From an uncultured Gemmatimonadaceae bacterium (lineage in GTDB: Bacteria; Gemmatimonadota; Gemmatimonadetes; Gemmatimonadales; Gemmatimonadaceae): a DNA stretch of 64,000 nt. The notes under the pieces were generated by a model. The model did not search any database and had not been told where the DNA came from. It was given only the letters and a program-made list of their open reading frames with translations. The stretch spans positions 2,176,001 to 2,240,000 of the forward strand of contig CAVXGK010000002.1 of the NCBI GenBank assembly GCA_963761305.1, read 5' to 3'. Shown here in pieces: positions 1-10,761 of this stretch (its first letter is position 1; the number at the start of each line of letters is the position of its first letter). Made by a program: the position numbers and the translations under genes.

Positions 1-859
1 GCGCGCTCACCACGCGTCCAGCACACCACCGGTCTGCTCGCTCGACCACGAACCGCGTCAGCTCGGCGACGTGCTCGAGCTCGAGCGTGAATCCGCCGAG
101 TGGGTCTCCGGCGAGCGAGTCGAAACCGGCGGAGACGAACACGACGTCGGGGACGAAATCGGCTGTCGCCGCGTCGATCGCTCGCTGAAAGGCGTCGACG
201 TAGACGCGCGGGGCAAGTCCCGCGCTCATCGGGACGTTCCAGATCGTGCGGTGAGGCCCGCGATCCTCGGCGGCGCCGGTGCCCGGGTACCACGGCCATT
301 GGTGCATCGAGACGAAGCGAATGTCGCGCTCCTCCTCGACGAGCGCTTGCGTGCCGTTGCCGTGGTGCACGTCCCAGTCGACGATCAACACGCGCTCGGC
401 TCCGTGTCTTTGTCGTGCGTAGTGCGCGCCGACCGCCACGTTGCCGAAGAGACAGAAACCCATCGCGCGCGAGCGCACCGCGTGATGCCCCGGTGGACGC
501 ACGGCGCAGAAGCTTCGTCGCGGACCGTCGCCAAACGCGAAGTCGACACCGTCGAGCACCGCACCGGCCGCCGCGGTGGCCGCGTCCCACGAGCCGTCGC
601 TCACGACGGTGTCAGGATCGAGACGGCCGCCGCCTGCCGCGGCGTACGATTTCACCTTCTCGATGTAGGCGCGATCGTGTGCGAGCACGAGCTCATCGAC
701 CGATGCGTGGCGCGACTCGACGTGCTGAATGCGGTGGAACAGCTCGGGATCGTCGCGCAGCGCTTTGGGAATCGCCCGAAGCCGGCCCGCGTGTTCGGGA
801 TGACCCCAACCGGTGTCGTGCCGCCCGCAATCGGAATTCGAGATGAGCGCGATGGCCAC
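1..859 (-). CDS. Histone deacetylase / acetoin-utilisation family protein (3' end outside window)
   Basis: Not in the ORF track. The minus strand from GTG 859 reads VAIALISNSDCGRHDTGWGHPEHAGRL...AMGFCLFGNVAVG...VDWDVHHGNGTQ, which are the HDAC-family motifs. Confidence 0.92.
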   Translation of the reverse strand, partial: MAIALISNSDCGRHDTGWGHPEHAGRLRAIPKALRDDPELFHRIQHVESRHASVDELVLAHDRAYIEKVKSYAAAGGGRLDPDTVVSDGSWDAATAAAGAVLDGVDFAFGDGPRRSFCAVRPPGHHAVRSRAMGFCLFGNVAVGAHYARQRHGAERVLIVDWDVHHGNGTQALVEEERDIRFVSMHQWPWYPGTGAAEDRGPHRTIWNVPMSAGLAPRVYVDAFQRAIDAATADFVPDVVFVSAGFDSLAGDPLGGFTLELEHVAELTRFVVERADRWCAGRVVSA

Positions 860-867
860 GGGTGGGC

Positions 868-1203
868 CTACCGAACCGGCCGCCTCCGCCGAAACATCAT
901 CAGCAAAATCGATCCGTCGACGACGCCGCAATCGCCCAGCGACGCCATTTCGTCGAGGATTTCCCAACCGTGGAGCTTGACCACCATCTCGTCCGGCGCC
1001 GACTCGGGATGGAGCGCGTGCAGCGCGGCGTTCTTGACCTCGATCACCGGCTGCGACGACGACGCGACGACGCGGACCACGTCCCACACTTCCGGCATCT
1101 CGACGCGAATCGTGATCGCGGCCGCGCCTTGCGGGGCCAGGTTGATCGTCGAGCCGCGTGTGCGCAGTGTCGTCACGAACGGAGCGGACGTTGGCTCGCT
1201 CAC
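868..1203 (-). CDS. Small protein with probable ubiquitin-like (YukD/EsaB-type beta-grasp) domain
   Basis: The C-terminal half (VKLHGWEILDEMASLGDCGVVDGSILLMMFRRRR) follows the ubiquitin pattern [30 protein letters not shown]; GTGA overlap with the upstream gene. Confidence 0.6.
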   Translation of the reverse strand: MSEPTSAPFVTTLRTRGSTINLAPQGAAAITIRVEMPEVWDVVRVVASSSQPVIEVKNAALHALHPESAPDEMVVKLHGWEILDEMASLGDCGVVDGSILLMMFRRRRPVR

Positions 1204-1481
1204 GACGCGTCCTCGGCGGCGGGATTGAGCGTCGAGAAGAATCGCGACACCTGCATGTCGAACAGGTAGCTCGATCCGGTCACGCGCGTGCCGCCGTTCG
1301 TGGAGGCGGCGACGCCGATGACGATCTCCTCCCCGCCTTGGCCGCGAAAGGTGCAGAACCCCGGGCCTTCCTCGTCGATGAACGCCGGGTACAGGGACGG
1401 GCGATTGGCGAAGAACACCTTGGCGCGGGCGAGCACCTCGTCGGGGCTCGCCGTGGTCGTGGTTTCCTGAAGAGTCGGCAT
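1200..1481 (-). CDS. Hypothetical protein, 93 aa
   Basis: Protein-like composition; operon position between the kinase and the Ubl gene, with a 4-nt overlap. Confidence 0.7.
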   Translation of the reverse strand: MPTLQETTTTASPDEVLARAKVFFANRPSLYPAFIDEEGPGFCTFRGQGGEEIVIGVAASTNGGTRVTGSSYLFDMQVSRFFSTLNPAAEDAS

Positions 1482-1494
1482 TGGATGCGAAGGA

Positions 1495-2841
1495 TCAGTG
1501 GGCCGGCGTCATGCGTGGGGCGCGCAGCGGAACGTCGAGCCGGAAGGTAGAGCCCTGTCCAACCATCGACGTCACCGTGATGTCGCCGTGCAGGAGCCGA
1601 GCAAGCCGCCGGCCGAGCGCGAGACCGAGACCGGAACCGCCGTACTCACGGGTGAGCCCGCCGTCGACCTGGTGGAATTCGTCGAAGATCGTGGTGATCG
1701 CCTCGGCGGGAATGCCGATGCCGGTGTCGGTCACGAGATAGACCACGCGCCCGTTCGAGATCTCGAGCGACACGCGCACGTGACCGGCCCGGGTGAACTT
1801 GAACGCGTTGGCGACGAGAATGCGGATCACCTTCGACAACATGCGGCCGTCGCCGATCATCGGCGGCACGATGTCGGGCTCGGAGACGTCCAGCGTGACG
1901 TCATCGCGTTTCCCCTTCGCCGCCTTGATCGCGTCGCGCAACGGCGTGCGCGGATCCAATTCGGCGAGCTCCAGGTCGAGCGCGCCGCGTTTCAGCGCCG
2001 TGAGCTCGAGCAGGTCGCCGATGAGCGTGAGCAGATGCTCGCTCGCCGCGTTCACCTGCTGGAGCGTGTGGATCTGCTCGTCGTTGACGGGGCCGGCGAC
2101 GCCTTCCTCGAGCAGGGCCGTGTAGCCCATCACCGCGGTGAGCGGCGTGCGCAACTCGTGCGAGATGTTCTGGAGGAACTGGTCTCTCACGCGGCGAGCC
2201 TCGAGCGCGTCGGCGTACTGCTGCTCGAGCTGCACGTTGGTCGCGGTAAGCGCGGCGTTGGCTCGTTTGAGATCTTGAATGAGGCGCGACTTTTCGGCCG
2301 TCGCCGCCATTTGATCTGCCACCATTCGGACGAGATGCCGCGTGTCGCGACCCACGGCGTTGGGCGACGAGAAGTAGAACGTGACCGTGCCGAGCACCGC
2401 GCGCGGCGTCTGCAGCGGCAGCGCGACGAACGAGCGGAAGCCGAGCTCTTTGGCGACCTCTCGCCAGTCGGCGAGCGCCGGATCCTGGAACACGTCGAGC
2501 ACTTCGATCGTGCGCCGCTCGGTGGCCGCGAGGCCGCTCGGACCGTGACCGAGCCGCACGCGCATCTGGTTGAGAAACTTCGCGTATCGGCCGGGCCAGT
2601 TGTGGACCGCGGCGAGCCGCATCAGGTCCGTGCCTTCGTCGATGACGTAGACGCAGCCGAACGACGCGCCGATCAGCGGGCACACGCGATCGAGCGCGAA
2701 TTGAAAGACCTCTTCCGGGCGCTCGGCGGTGATGAACGCGTGGACGATCTCGCGAGCGGCCATCAGCTCGCGCAACCCGACGTCACCATCGGGTGTTTGA
2801 CCGCGGAAGCGCTCGGACGTCGTCGACACTGGCGTCGTCAC
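1495..2841 (-). CDS. GAF-domain sensor histidine kinase
   Basis: N-terminal GAF; H-box SHELRTPL, N-box NAFKFT, G-boxes DTGIGI and GSGLGL. Confidence 0.93.
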   Translation of the reverse strand: MTTPVSTTSERFRGQTPDGDVGLRELMAAREIVHAFITAERPEEVFQFALDRVCPLIGASFGCVYVIDEGTDLMRLAAVHNWPGRYAKFLNQMRVRLGHGPSGLAATERRTIEVLDVFQDPALADWREVAKELGFRSFVALPLQTPRAVLGTVTFYFSSPNAVGRDTRHLVRMVADQMAATAEKSRLIQDLKRANAALTATNVQLEQQYADALEARRVRDQFLQNISHELRTPLTAVMGYTALLEEGVAGPVNDEQIHTLQQVNAASEHLLTLIGDLLELTALKRGALDLELAELDPRTPLRDAIKAAKGKRDDVTLDVSEPDIVPPMIGDGRMLSKVIRILVANAFKFTRAGHVRVSLEISNGRVVYLVTDTGIGIPAEAITTIFDEFHQVDGGLTREYGGSGLGLALGRRLARLLHGDITVTSMVGQGSTFRLDVPLRAPRMTPAH

Positions 2842-2887
2842 GTTAGAGGAAACTAGACGACAGGTGGGCGGGCGGACACCCGTCCAC

Positions 2888-3571
2888 CTACTTTTTCGGC
2901 ACCGTCAACGTTCGAATCTCAACGCGATGCACGAGCACGGACGGTGGGGTTGCGATGATCGACGCCACGGCGTCGGCGACGTCGTGCGCGGCGAGGGCCC
3001 AGCTCGAATTGTCACGTTCCGAGAACGACGTCGACACGGAGCCCGGGTTCACCACCGACACCTTCACCCCGTAGTCGCGCAGCTCCAGCATCAGCGATTC
3101 GGCGAAGCTGTTGGCGGCGGCCTTGGTCGCGGCGTAGGCCGTGCCACCGGCAAATGGACTTCGCCCGGTGATCGATCCGATCACCACGACATGGCCGGAT
3201 CGCCGCTCGACCATGGCCGGCACGACCGCGCGCGTGACGTCGAACAGCGCGTTGAAGTTGAGGTCGACCATTTGCATCCATTGCTCGCGCGTCAGCTCGA
3301 GCAGCGGCTTCAGGACGCCCATCCCGGCGTTGTTGACGAGAACCTGGGCGTCGATTCCGGTCAGGGACGACTCGACCGCGCGATTGTCCGTGATGTCGAT
3401 CGGGATGGGCCGGCACGAACCGCCGGCCGCCTCGATTTCCTTGCCGAGCGAATCCAGCTGATCCGCCGACCGCGCCACGGCGACGATGTCATACTCCGTG
3501 GCCAGCCGTTTGGCGACCGCTCGGCCGATGCCGCGAGATGCTCCCGTGACGACCGCGATCGGTTTGGGCAT
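2888..3571 (-). CDS. Short-chain dehydrogenase/reductase
   Basis: TGASRGIG, NNAG and YAATK (YxxxK) motifs. Confidence 0.93.
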   Translation of the reverse strand: MPKPIAVVTGASRGIGRAVAKRLATEYDIVAVARSADQLDSLGKEIEAAGGSCRPIPIDITDNRAVESSLTGIDAQVLVNNAGMGVLKPLLELTREQWMQMVDLNFNALFDVTRAVVPAMVERRSGHVVVIGSITGRSPFAGGTAYAATKAAANSFAESLMLELRDYGVKVSVVNPGSVSTSFSERDNSSWALAAHDVADAVASIIATPPSVLVHRVEIRTLTVPKK

Positions 3572-3602
3572 GTGAAGAATCTACGGCCAACGCGACCAGG
3601 TA

Positions 3603-4163
3603 CTACTTCGGCCAGAGGAGCACAAACGTCTCGGCGGTGATCGCCGCGTAGATGAAACCATCGATGGTCGCTTTCAACGTGGTCATCCACGGCCGGCGAT
3701 ACCAGATCGACATCTGCCAGAGCGCGAACGCGTAGCCCATGAACGCGGTCAGGCCGACAGTGTGGAAGATCGTGTGATGCTCAGCCGGCGGCGTGATCGC
3801 CCGAAACGCGATGTGTCCGGCGAAGTACGAGACGACGATCGAGTACACGAACCATAGCCCGAGGGTCTTCCCCATCGGCATCATGCCGTTCGGCATCATG
3901 TTGAGGATGAACACCGGCCCGCGATTGGCGCGCTCGAGAAACTCGGGTGACCGCAGCGCCGCTCGGCTCGCCGGGCGCGGAACGAAGTACTCCCCGGTCG
4001 GAATTCCCAGCGGACGCAGCGCATCCATCACGGCGTCCTCGTTCGCCAGGCGCGGGTAGTCGTTCTTGTGCCAGGGCAGCAGCATGTGAACGATCGAGCT
4101 CACCACGAAGACGGCGACGGCAGAGACAAGAATCGGCAGCCACATCGACGCGATCCCGAACAT
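3603..4163 (-). CDS. Hypothetical membrane protein
   Basis: About four hydrophobic segments; GGAG upstream of ATG. Confidence 0.75.
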   Translation of the reverse strand: MFGIASMWLPILVSAVAVFVVSSIVHMLLPWHKNDYPRLANEDAVMDALRPLGIPTGEYFVPRPASRAALRSPEFLERANRGPVFILNMMPNGMMPMGKTLGLWFVYSIVVSYFAGHIAFRAITPPAEHHTIFHTVGLTAFMGYAFALWQMSIWYRRPWMTTLKATIDGFIYAAITAETFVLLWPK

Positions 4164-4208
4164 GAGCGGCTCCGGCGTTGAGGGTTTTCTCTCCCGGCCC
4201 GGTTGAAG

Positions 4209-5714
4209 CTAACTCAACATTCGCTCGATGGAGCGCAGCAGCGGACCGAATGAGAGTCCCTTGCCCGCGACGCGCTCCGCCTGCTCGTGCGCCAACTCGC
4301 GCTGGCCTTCGCCGAACATCGCTGAGCAGATCCACGGGCCGGCGCGCGGATTCCGCCACCAGTCCACGTCGTAGCGCTCGACGAGCGTCTCGTTGAGCAA
4401 CGCCTGCAGCTGCCAGGCGCGCAGGTAGCGCGCCGAGTAGAAGCGCGGGTCGACGTCGACGAACGCGTCGGCGCGCCCGTAGCGGAACGTCGTGGCCGCC
4501 GTGAGCCGGTCGACGTAGACGTCGGGCAGCGACTCCCAGCTCGTCGTGCCGCCGTACAACTCCAGCTCGTAGACGAGCTTCGCGCTGTAGCGCCGGAGGA
4601 AGTGCAGCTCCTCGAATCCGATCGACCGCATGAAGGCGGGAAGGTCCTTCGCGCTCAGCTCCGTGTATCGCGCCAGCCATCCGCTGTCCTGCATGCGGTG
4701 GTCGAACAACATGGCGTAGCCTTCGGTGATCGAGTTGTCGCCGAGCCACCGGTACTCGAACGGCAGGTCGGGCTGCATGTACGCGAAGTGCAGCGCGTGG
4801 CCGAGCTCGTGGAGAAAGGTCATCCAGTCGCTCTGGCCGCCGTGCGGCCGCATCACCAGATACACCTCGTTGGGCACGCGCACGGCCGAGCAGAACGCGC
4901 GGGACCGTTTCCCTTCCCGCTCGCCGGTGTCGAGCGTGATGCGTCCCGCGGCGAGCGGATCGACGCCCATCTCCTTCACCTGGCGCCGAATCGATTCTTC
5001 CATGCGCGCCGCCGGGAACGACGCGTCGAACGACTTCGCGCGGAGCATCGCCGCGGCGTCGGCCCGCGTCAGCTCGCTCGGCGACATGCCGAGCACGCGG
5101 CGCGAGAACTCGGGCAGCACTTCGCGCCACATGTCGTCGGTGTCGCGCAGAAAACCCTGGCACGCCGCGGCCAGGTCGACGAGCGACACGCCGCTCAACA
5201 GCTCGAACGTCTCGACGTAGTCGCCGAGACCGAGTCCTTCGACGATGTCGCGCTCGTGCTGAAAACGCTCGAGGCGCATCGGCGCCAGCTCGGCGCTCAC
5301 CAACGTGTTGCGCGCCGCTTCGATCGCGTGGCGAGTCTTCGCGTCGCGCTCGTTCCCCAGCTCGATCGCCACCGCCTGGAACTGCAACTGGCGCGTGTCG
5401 CTGACGTTCACGACCGCCGTGCCTTCCCAGTTGATCTCACGCTCGTCCTGCGCGGCGAGCTGTCGTGAGCTTTGCGATTCGGCCTGCCAGTCGAGCAGCA
5501 GGCGCGTCGCGCGTCGGTCTTCGCTGGCCTCGGGCGCTGCGAGGAACGCCTCGCGCGTGAGTTGAAACGCCTCGTCGCCGAGAATCGCCGCGTGCTTCGC
5601 GTAGACGGGCTGCAGCTCGGGCGACTGCTTCTGGCCGGAATAGGCCAGATAGTATTCGCGCGAGATTTCCTCCATGAAGACCTCGCCGTCGCGGCGAAGC
5701 CGATCGAGCGACAT
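4209..5714 (-). CDS. M3-like zinc metallopeptidase (oligoendopeptidase family)
   Basis: HELGH plus downstream EGYAMLF and GKRSRAFC motifs; true start at ATG 5714 or GTG 5720 (the latter coupled to the glyQS stop). Confidence 0.78.
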   Translation of the reverse strand: MSLDRLRRDGEVFMEEISREYYLAYSGQKQSPELQPVYAKHAAILGDEAFQLTREAFLAAPEASEDRRATRLLLDWQAESQSSRQLAAQDEREINWEGTAVVNVSDTRQLQFQAVAIELGNERDAKTRHAIEAARNTLVSAELAPMRLERFQHERDIVEGLGLGDYVETFELLSGVSLVDLAAACQGFLRDTDDMWREVLPEFSRRVLGMSPSELTRADAAAMLRAKSFDASFPAARMEESIRRQVKEMGVDPLAAGRITLDTGEREGKRSRAFCSAVRVPNEVYLVMRPHGGQSDWMTFLHELGHALHFAYMQPDLPFEYRWLGDNSITEGYAMLFDHRMQDSGWLARYTELSAKDLPAFMRSIGFEELHFLRRYSAKLVYELELYGGTTSWESLPDVYVDRLTAATTFRYGRADAFVDVDPRFYSARYLRAWQLQALLNETLVERYDVDWWRNPRAGPWICSAMFGEGQRELAHEQAERVAGKGLSFGPLLRSIERMLS

Positions 5715-5716
5715 CG

Positions 5717-7090
<1,374 letters not shown>

Positions 7091-7216
7091 TGTGTGGTGA
7101 GCGGGATCGGGCGCGAAGACCAGAAACCGAAATTAGCGAGGCCTGACGGGGGGCGCTGATTCGGGAGGCGAGGCCGCGCTCGCCGAGGAGAACCCCCGGC
7201 GGTCTGATCGATTGTC

Positions 7217-7245
7217 TTGACACTTGTATGGCATACATGTACATT
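7217..7245 (+). promoter_or_regulatory. Sigma70 promoter of the TA operon, overlapped by palindromic operators
   Basis: TTGACA-17 nt-TACATT; palindromes TGTATG-G-CATACA (7225-7237) and ATGTACAT (7237-7244). Confidence 0.75.
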
Positions 7246-7272
7246 ATACGTGTACGCGTCAGTGAGCAACGC

Positions 7273-7632
7273 ATGTCATCATCGTCTAAACGGGTCCGCG
7301 AACAGGCGGTCGTCTACCTCGGCCAGCGGGATCGCGCCCTGCTCGAGAATCTGGCCAAAGAGACCGGCCTCTCCCGGACCGAACTCTTCCGCCGAGGGCT
7401 CTGGGCACTCGCCGCACAGACGTTCGGCGGCAGGCAGTCGTCGGCGCTGGAGTACCTCATCACCAACGCCAGCGATGCCCAGGTGCCGCCGGACCTTTCC
7501 GAGCGCGCCGACGACTATCTCTACGGCGGCGGCTACGACGCGCGGGTCGTGCACGAAGGCGAGACGGAAGCGCAAGACGCCAGGCCCGCGCCGCGAAAAC
7601 GAAAGGCGGCCAAGCGTGCGCGTCCTCGTTGA
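7273..7632 (+). CDS. Ribbon-helix-helix (CopG-like) antitoxin, VapB-type
   Basis: AVVYLGQRDRALLENLAKETGLSRTELFRRGL is an RHH pattern; overlaps the downstream PIN gene. Confidence 0.8.
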   Translation: MSSSSKRVREQAVVYLGQRDRALLENLAKETGLSRTELFRRGLWALAAQTFGGRQSSALEYLITNASDAQVPPDLSERADDYLYGGGYDARVVHEGETEAQDARPAPRKRKAAKRARPR

Positions 7633-8023
7633 CACGAGTGCGCTCCTCGCGCTCGCCTACGCGCGAGACCAGTGGCACGCGCGAGCGACCCGCGCCGCAC
7701 GCGCGAACGCGTCGTCGGGCGTGCGCTACGTCGGCACCACCTTCGTCCTCGGCGAGTTCCACGCACACCTCCTCTACCTGCGTGGTCCGGTCGAGGCGCG
7801 CGAGGCGATCACGCGGCTCACCGCCGATCCGACTCACGAGTGGGTCGGGGTGGACGCCGACCTCGTGCAACACGCGACGGCGCGCTGGCTCGCGCGCTTT
7901 CCCGATCAGCGCTTTTCGCTCGCCGACGCGGTGAGCTTCGAGATCATGCGACGCGAGCGCATCACCCACGCGTTCGCGTTCGACAAACACTTCGAGACCG
8001 CGGGCTTCGCTCTCGTGGAATGA
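7616..8023 (+). CDS. vapC: PIN-domain toxin (VapC family)
   Basis: GTG start; VLVDTSALLAL...FSLADAVSFEIM...AFAFDKHFETAGF. Confidence 0.9.
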   Translation: MRVLVDTSALLALAYARDQWHARATRAARANASSGVRYVGTTFVLGEFHAHLLYLRGPVEAREAITRLTADPTHEWVGVDADLVQHATARWLARFPDQRFSLADAVSFEIMRRERITHAFAFDKHFETAGFALVE

Positions 8024-8056
8024 CGTTCTATCGCTGTGGAATGACGTTCTATCGCT
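8015..8056. repeat. Perfect 21-bp tandem duplication GTGGAATGACGTTCTATCGCT spanning the vapC stop
   Basis: Copies at 8015-8035 and 8036-8056. Confidence 0.95.
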
Positions 8057-8072
8057 ATTGAAGAAAATGTCA

Positions 8073-8181
8073 ACGCAGATGACGCAGATTTGAAAAGAGA
8101 TTTCCGCAGATGCAATGGGGGGAGCCACGACCTCCGAGGCCGTATCTGCGGCATTGCTGTTCAGATCTGCGTTATCTGCGT
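8073..8181. repeat. REP/MITE-like palindromic element, copy 1 (GCAGAT family)
   Basis: ~38-nt imperfect inverted arms, each with three GCAGAT/ATCTGC units; homologous to 28834-28946. Confidence 0.85.
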
Positions 8182-8228
8182 CCGACTTTCTACCCCCACA
8201 GCGTGGCCCGAGCCGGCGAGCGAACGAT

Positions 8229-9248
8229 CTAGGTGTCCAGCTCCGCGCTCAGCTTGGGCTCGCTCGGCGCGCGTGCGCCGGTCAGCCGCGCGACGATCTT
8301 GTCGCCGTGATAGCGGCCGTTCTCGATGAACACCTTGTTGGCGTCGAACCCGGCGACCACCACGCCGGCGACGAACAGATTCGGGATCGTCGTCTCGAGC
8401 GTTTCAGGGTCGTGCGACGGAATTCCCGTCGTCGCGTCGATCGGCACGCCGAGCTGGCGCAGCAGATCCATGTTGGGCGCGAACCCGGTCATCACGAAAA
8501 CCAAATCCGCCGGGAGACGCTCTTCGCCGCGGGCGGAGGCGATCGTCACGCCGTCCCGCTCGATGCGCACGACGCGCGAGTCCCATCGCGTCGCGATGCT
8601 CCCTTCCTTCTCGCGATTCAGAAAGTCGGGCAGCACCCACGGTTTGATCTTCTTGTCGAACGTCGGACCGAAGTGCACGAGGGTGACTCGCGCGCCGCAT
8701 CTCCACAGGTCGAGCGCTCCCTCGGCCGCCGAGTTGCCGCCGCCGACGACGACGACCGTCTGGTCGAAGGCCTCGTGGCCTTCGCGATAGACGTGCGTCA
8801 CGTTCGGCAGATCCTCGCCCGGCACGCGAAGATAGTTCGGTGACCCGAAGTAGCCGGTCGCGACGACGACCGCGCCGGCGCGCGTTGCGCGCGGCCCGTG
8901 AGCGCGCGACTCGGAGCGCACGACGAATCCGCCGGCCGCCCGTTCGATGGCGACCACGCGCTCGTATTGCCGCAGCGGCACATCGAAGTGGCGGACCACC
9001 GCGCGGTAGTACGCCAGCCCGTCGCGACGCGTCGGCTTCTCGGTCGCGATCACGAACGGCAGATCGCCGAGCGCCAACTTTTCGGCCGTCGAAAAAAACT
9101 GCACGTACGTCGGATAGTGCGCGATCGTGCTCACGACGGCGGCCGCCTCGATCACCACGGTGCTGAGCCGCGCGCGCTGCGCGGAGATCGCCGCGGCCAA
9201 CCCGCACGGGCCGCCGCCGACGATCAGGAGGTCGACCGCGTCGGCCAT
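8229..9248 (-). CDS. YpdA-family FAD-dependent disulfide reductase (putative bacillithiol reductase)
   Basis: GGGPCG, VVVATGYFG, GGGNSA and the C-terminal KVFIENGRYHG. Confidence 0.85.
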   Translation of the reverse strand: MADAVDLLIVGGGPCGLAAAISAQRARLSTVVIEAAAVVSTIAHYPTYVQFFSTAEKLALGDLPFVIATEKPTRRDGLAYYRAVVRHFDVPLRQYERVVAIERAAGGFVVRSESRAHGPRATRAGAVVVATGYFGSPNYLRVPGEDLPNVTHVYREGHEAFDQTVVVVGGGNSAAEGALDLWRCGARVTLVHFGPTFDKKIKPWVLPDFLNREKEGSIATRWDSRVVRIERDGVTIASARGEERLPADLVFVMTGFAPNMDLLRQLGVPIDATTGIPSHDPETLETTIPNLFVAGVVVAGFDANKVFIENGRYHGDKIVARLTGARAPSEPKLSAELDT

Positions 9249-10529
9249 CTAGAAACCGATGATCTGGTCGCGACGCGTGCCCACGCTCACGTAGGTGATG
9301 CGCGTCTCGATCAACTCCTGCAGGCGGTCGAGGTACGCGCGCGCACACGCCGGCAACTCCTCGAGTCGGCGACAATCGCCCGTCGGGCTGTTCCAACCGT
9401 CGAGCCACTCGTATCGCGGCGTGATTCTGTCGAGCGCCGCCACGTCGCCGGGGAATTCGGTGTGCAGATCGCCGTCGTACTCGTAGCCGGTGCAGACCGC
9501 GATGCGGTCGAGCGTATCGAGGACGTCGAGCTTGGTCACGGCGACGTCGGTGAGGCCGTTTATGCGCGTCGCATACCGCACGACGACGGCGTCGAACCAA
9601 CCGCAGCGACGCGGCCGGCCGGTCGTCGCGCCGTACTCGCCGCCGAGCGTGCGCACGCGCTCCGACATCGCGGTGTCCATCTCGGTCGGCAGTGGGCCCG
9701 CGCCGACGCGCGTCGTGTACGCTTTCACGACACCGAGCACGGCATCTATCGAGCGCGGCGAGATGCCGGCGCCGGTCGCCGCCCCTCCCGACGTCGTGCT
9801 GCTCGACGTCACGAACGGATACGTGCCGTGGTCCACGTCGAGCAGCGAACCTTGCGCGCCCTCGAGGAGCACCGCCGCGCCGTTCTTGATCGCACGGTGC
9901 ACCACGAGCCCCACGTCTTCGGACAGTGCGAGGAGACGTTCGCTCACGCCGGCCAGGATGTCGACCGTCTCGTTCACGTCGGCGCGCTTCGAGCTTCCGA
10001 ATGATGAAAGCTGCGCGTTCGCGTGGGCGACGCCGGCCTCGACCAGCTCACGCATTCGCGCCGGATGCCGCAGATCGAGCACGCGAATGCCGCGACGCGC
10101 GACCTTGTCCTCGTAGGCCGGCCCGATGCCGCGCCCCGTCGTGCCGATCGACTTGGAGTGCATGCTCTCGGCGTCGATGAGCTTGTGATACGGCTGCACG
10201 AGATGCGCGCGGTCGCTCACGTAGAGCCGACCCTCGACGTCTATGCCGTCGCTGACGAGCTGTTCGATCTCGGTGAACAGCTTTTCCGGGTCCAGCACCA
10301 CGCCGTTCCCGATCGCGCAGCGCACGCCGCGGTGCAGGATGCCGCTCGGGATCTGATGGAGCACGAACGACAAGTCGCCCAGGTCGACCGTGTGCCCCGC
10401 GTTCGCCCCGCCCTGGTAGCGGACCACCCAATCGGCCCGCTCGGCGAGGACATCCACCAGCTTCCCCTTGCCCTCGTCGCCCCACTGTGCGCCGACGACG
10501 ACGACCGTTCGCTGGGACGAGCTGAACAT
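9249..10529 (-). CDS. purA: Adenylosuccinate synthetase
   Basis: GAQWGDEGKGK, GGANAGHT, EGAQG and GATTGRPRRCGWFD. Confidence 0.98.
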   Translation of the reverse strand: MFSSSQRTVVVVGAQWGDEGKGKLVDVLAERADWVVRYQGGANAGHTVDLGDLSFVLHQIPSGILHRGVRCAIGNGVVLDPEKLFTEIEQLVSDGIDVEGRLYVSDRAHLVQPYHKLIDAESMHSKSIGTTGRGIGPAYEDKVARRGIRVLDLRHPARMRELVEAGVAHANAQLSSFGSSKRADVNETVDILAGVSERLLALSEDVGLVVHRAIKNGAAVLLEGAQGSLLDVDHGTYPFVTSSSTTSGGAATGAGISPRSIDAVLGVVKAYTTRVGAGPLPTEMDTAMSERVRTLGGEYGATTGRPRRCGWFDAVVVRYATRINGLTDVAVTKLDVLDTLDRIAVCTGYEYDGDLHTEFPGDVAALDRITPRYEWLDGWNSPTGDCRRLEELPACARAYLDRLQELIETRITYVSVGTRRDQIIGF

Positions 10530-10560
10530 TGCGGGGAGGCCTTGAGGGGAAGTCGCGGGC

Positions 10561-10626
10561 AAAAAAATACGCCCCGGCGAGGCCCGGGGCGTTGTGTCAA
10601 TCTATTGTGGCTGGGGTCGGAGTCAA
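10561..10626 (-). promoter_or_regulatory. purA promoter followed immediately by a terminator-like hairpin
   Basis: Minus strand TTGACT-16 nt-TAGATT, then a 9-bp stem (10569-10592) and T7. Confidence 0.6.
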
Positions 10627-10761
10627 TTTTCCGCCATGGGCGGTCTCCTTCCGTCGATGTCGGTCGGGACCTATGGTTGAGTCCGCCCTCACCCGGGCGA
10701 CGTATCCCGCGCAGCGGATTCAACCGTCGTACTCACGACCCCTACCTCGCCGGAGGCAGTC

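Noticed and set aside
10630..10745. ZMP/ZTP or purine riboswitch upstream of purA
   Set aside because: Hairpins are present but the core consensus motifs were not found, and the region lies upstream of the predicted promoter
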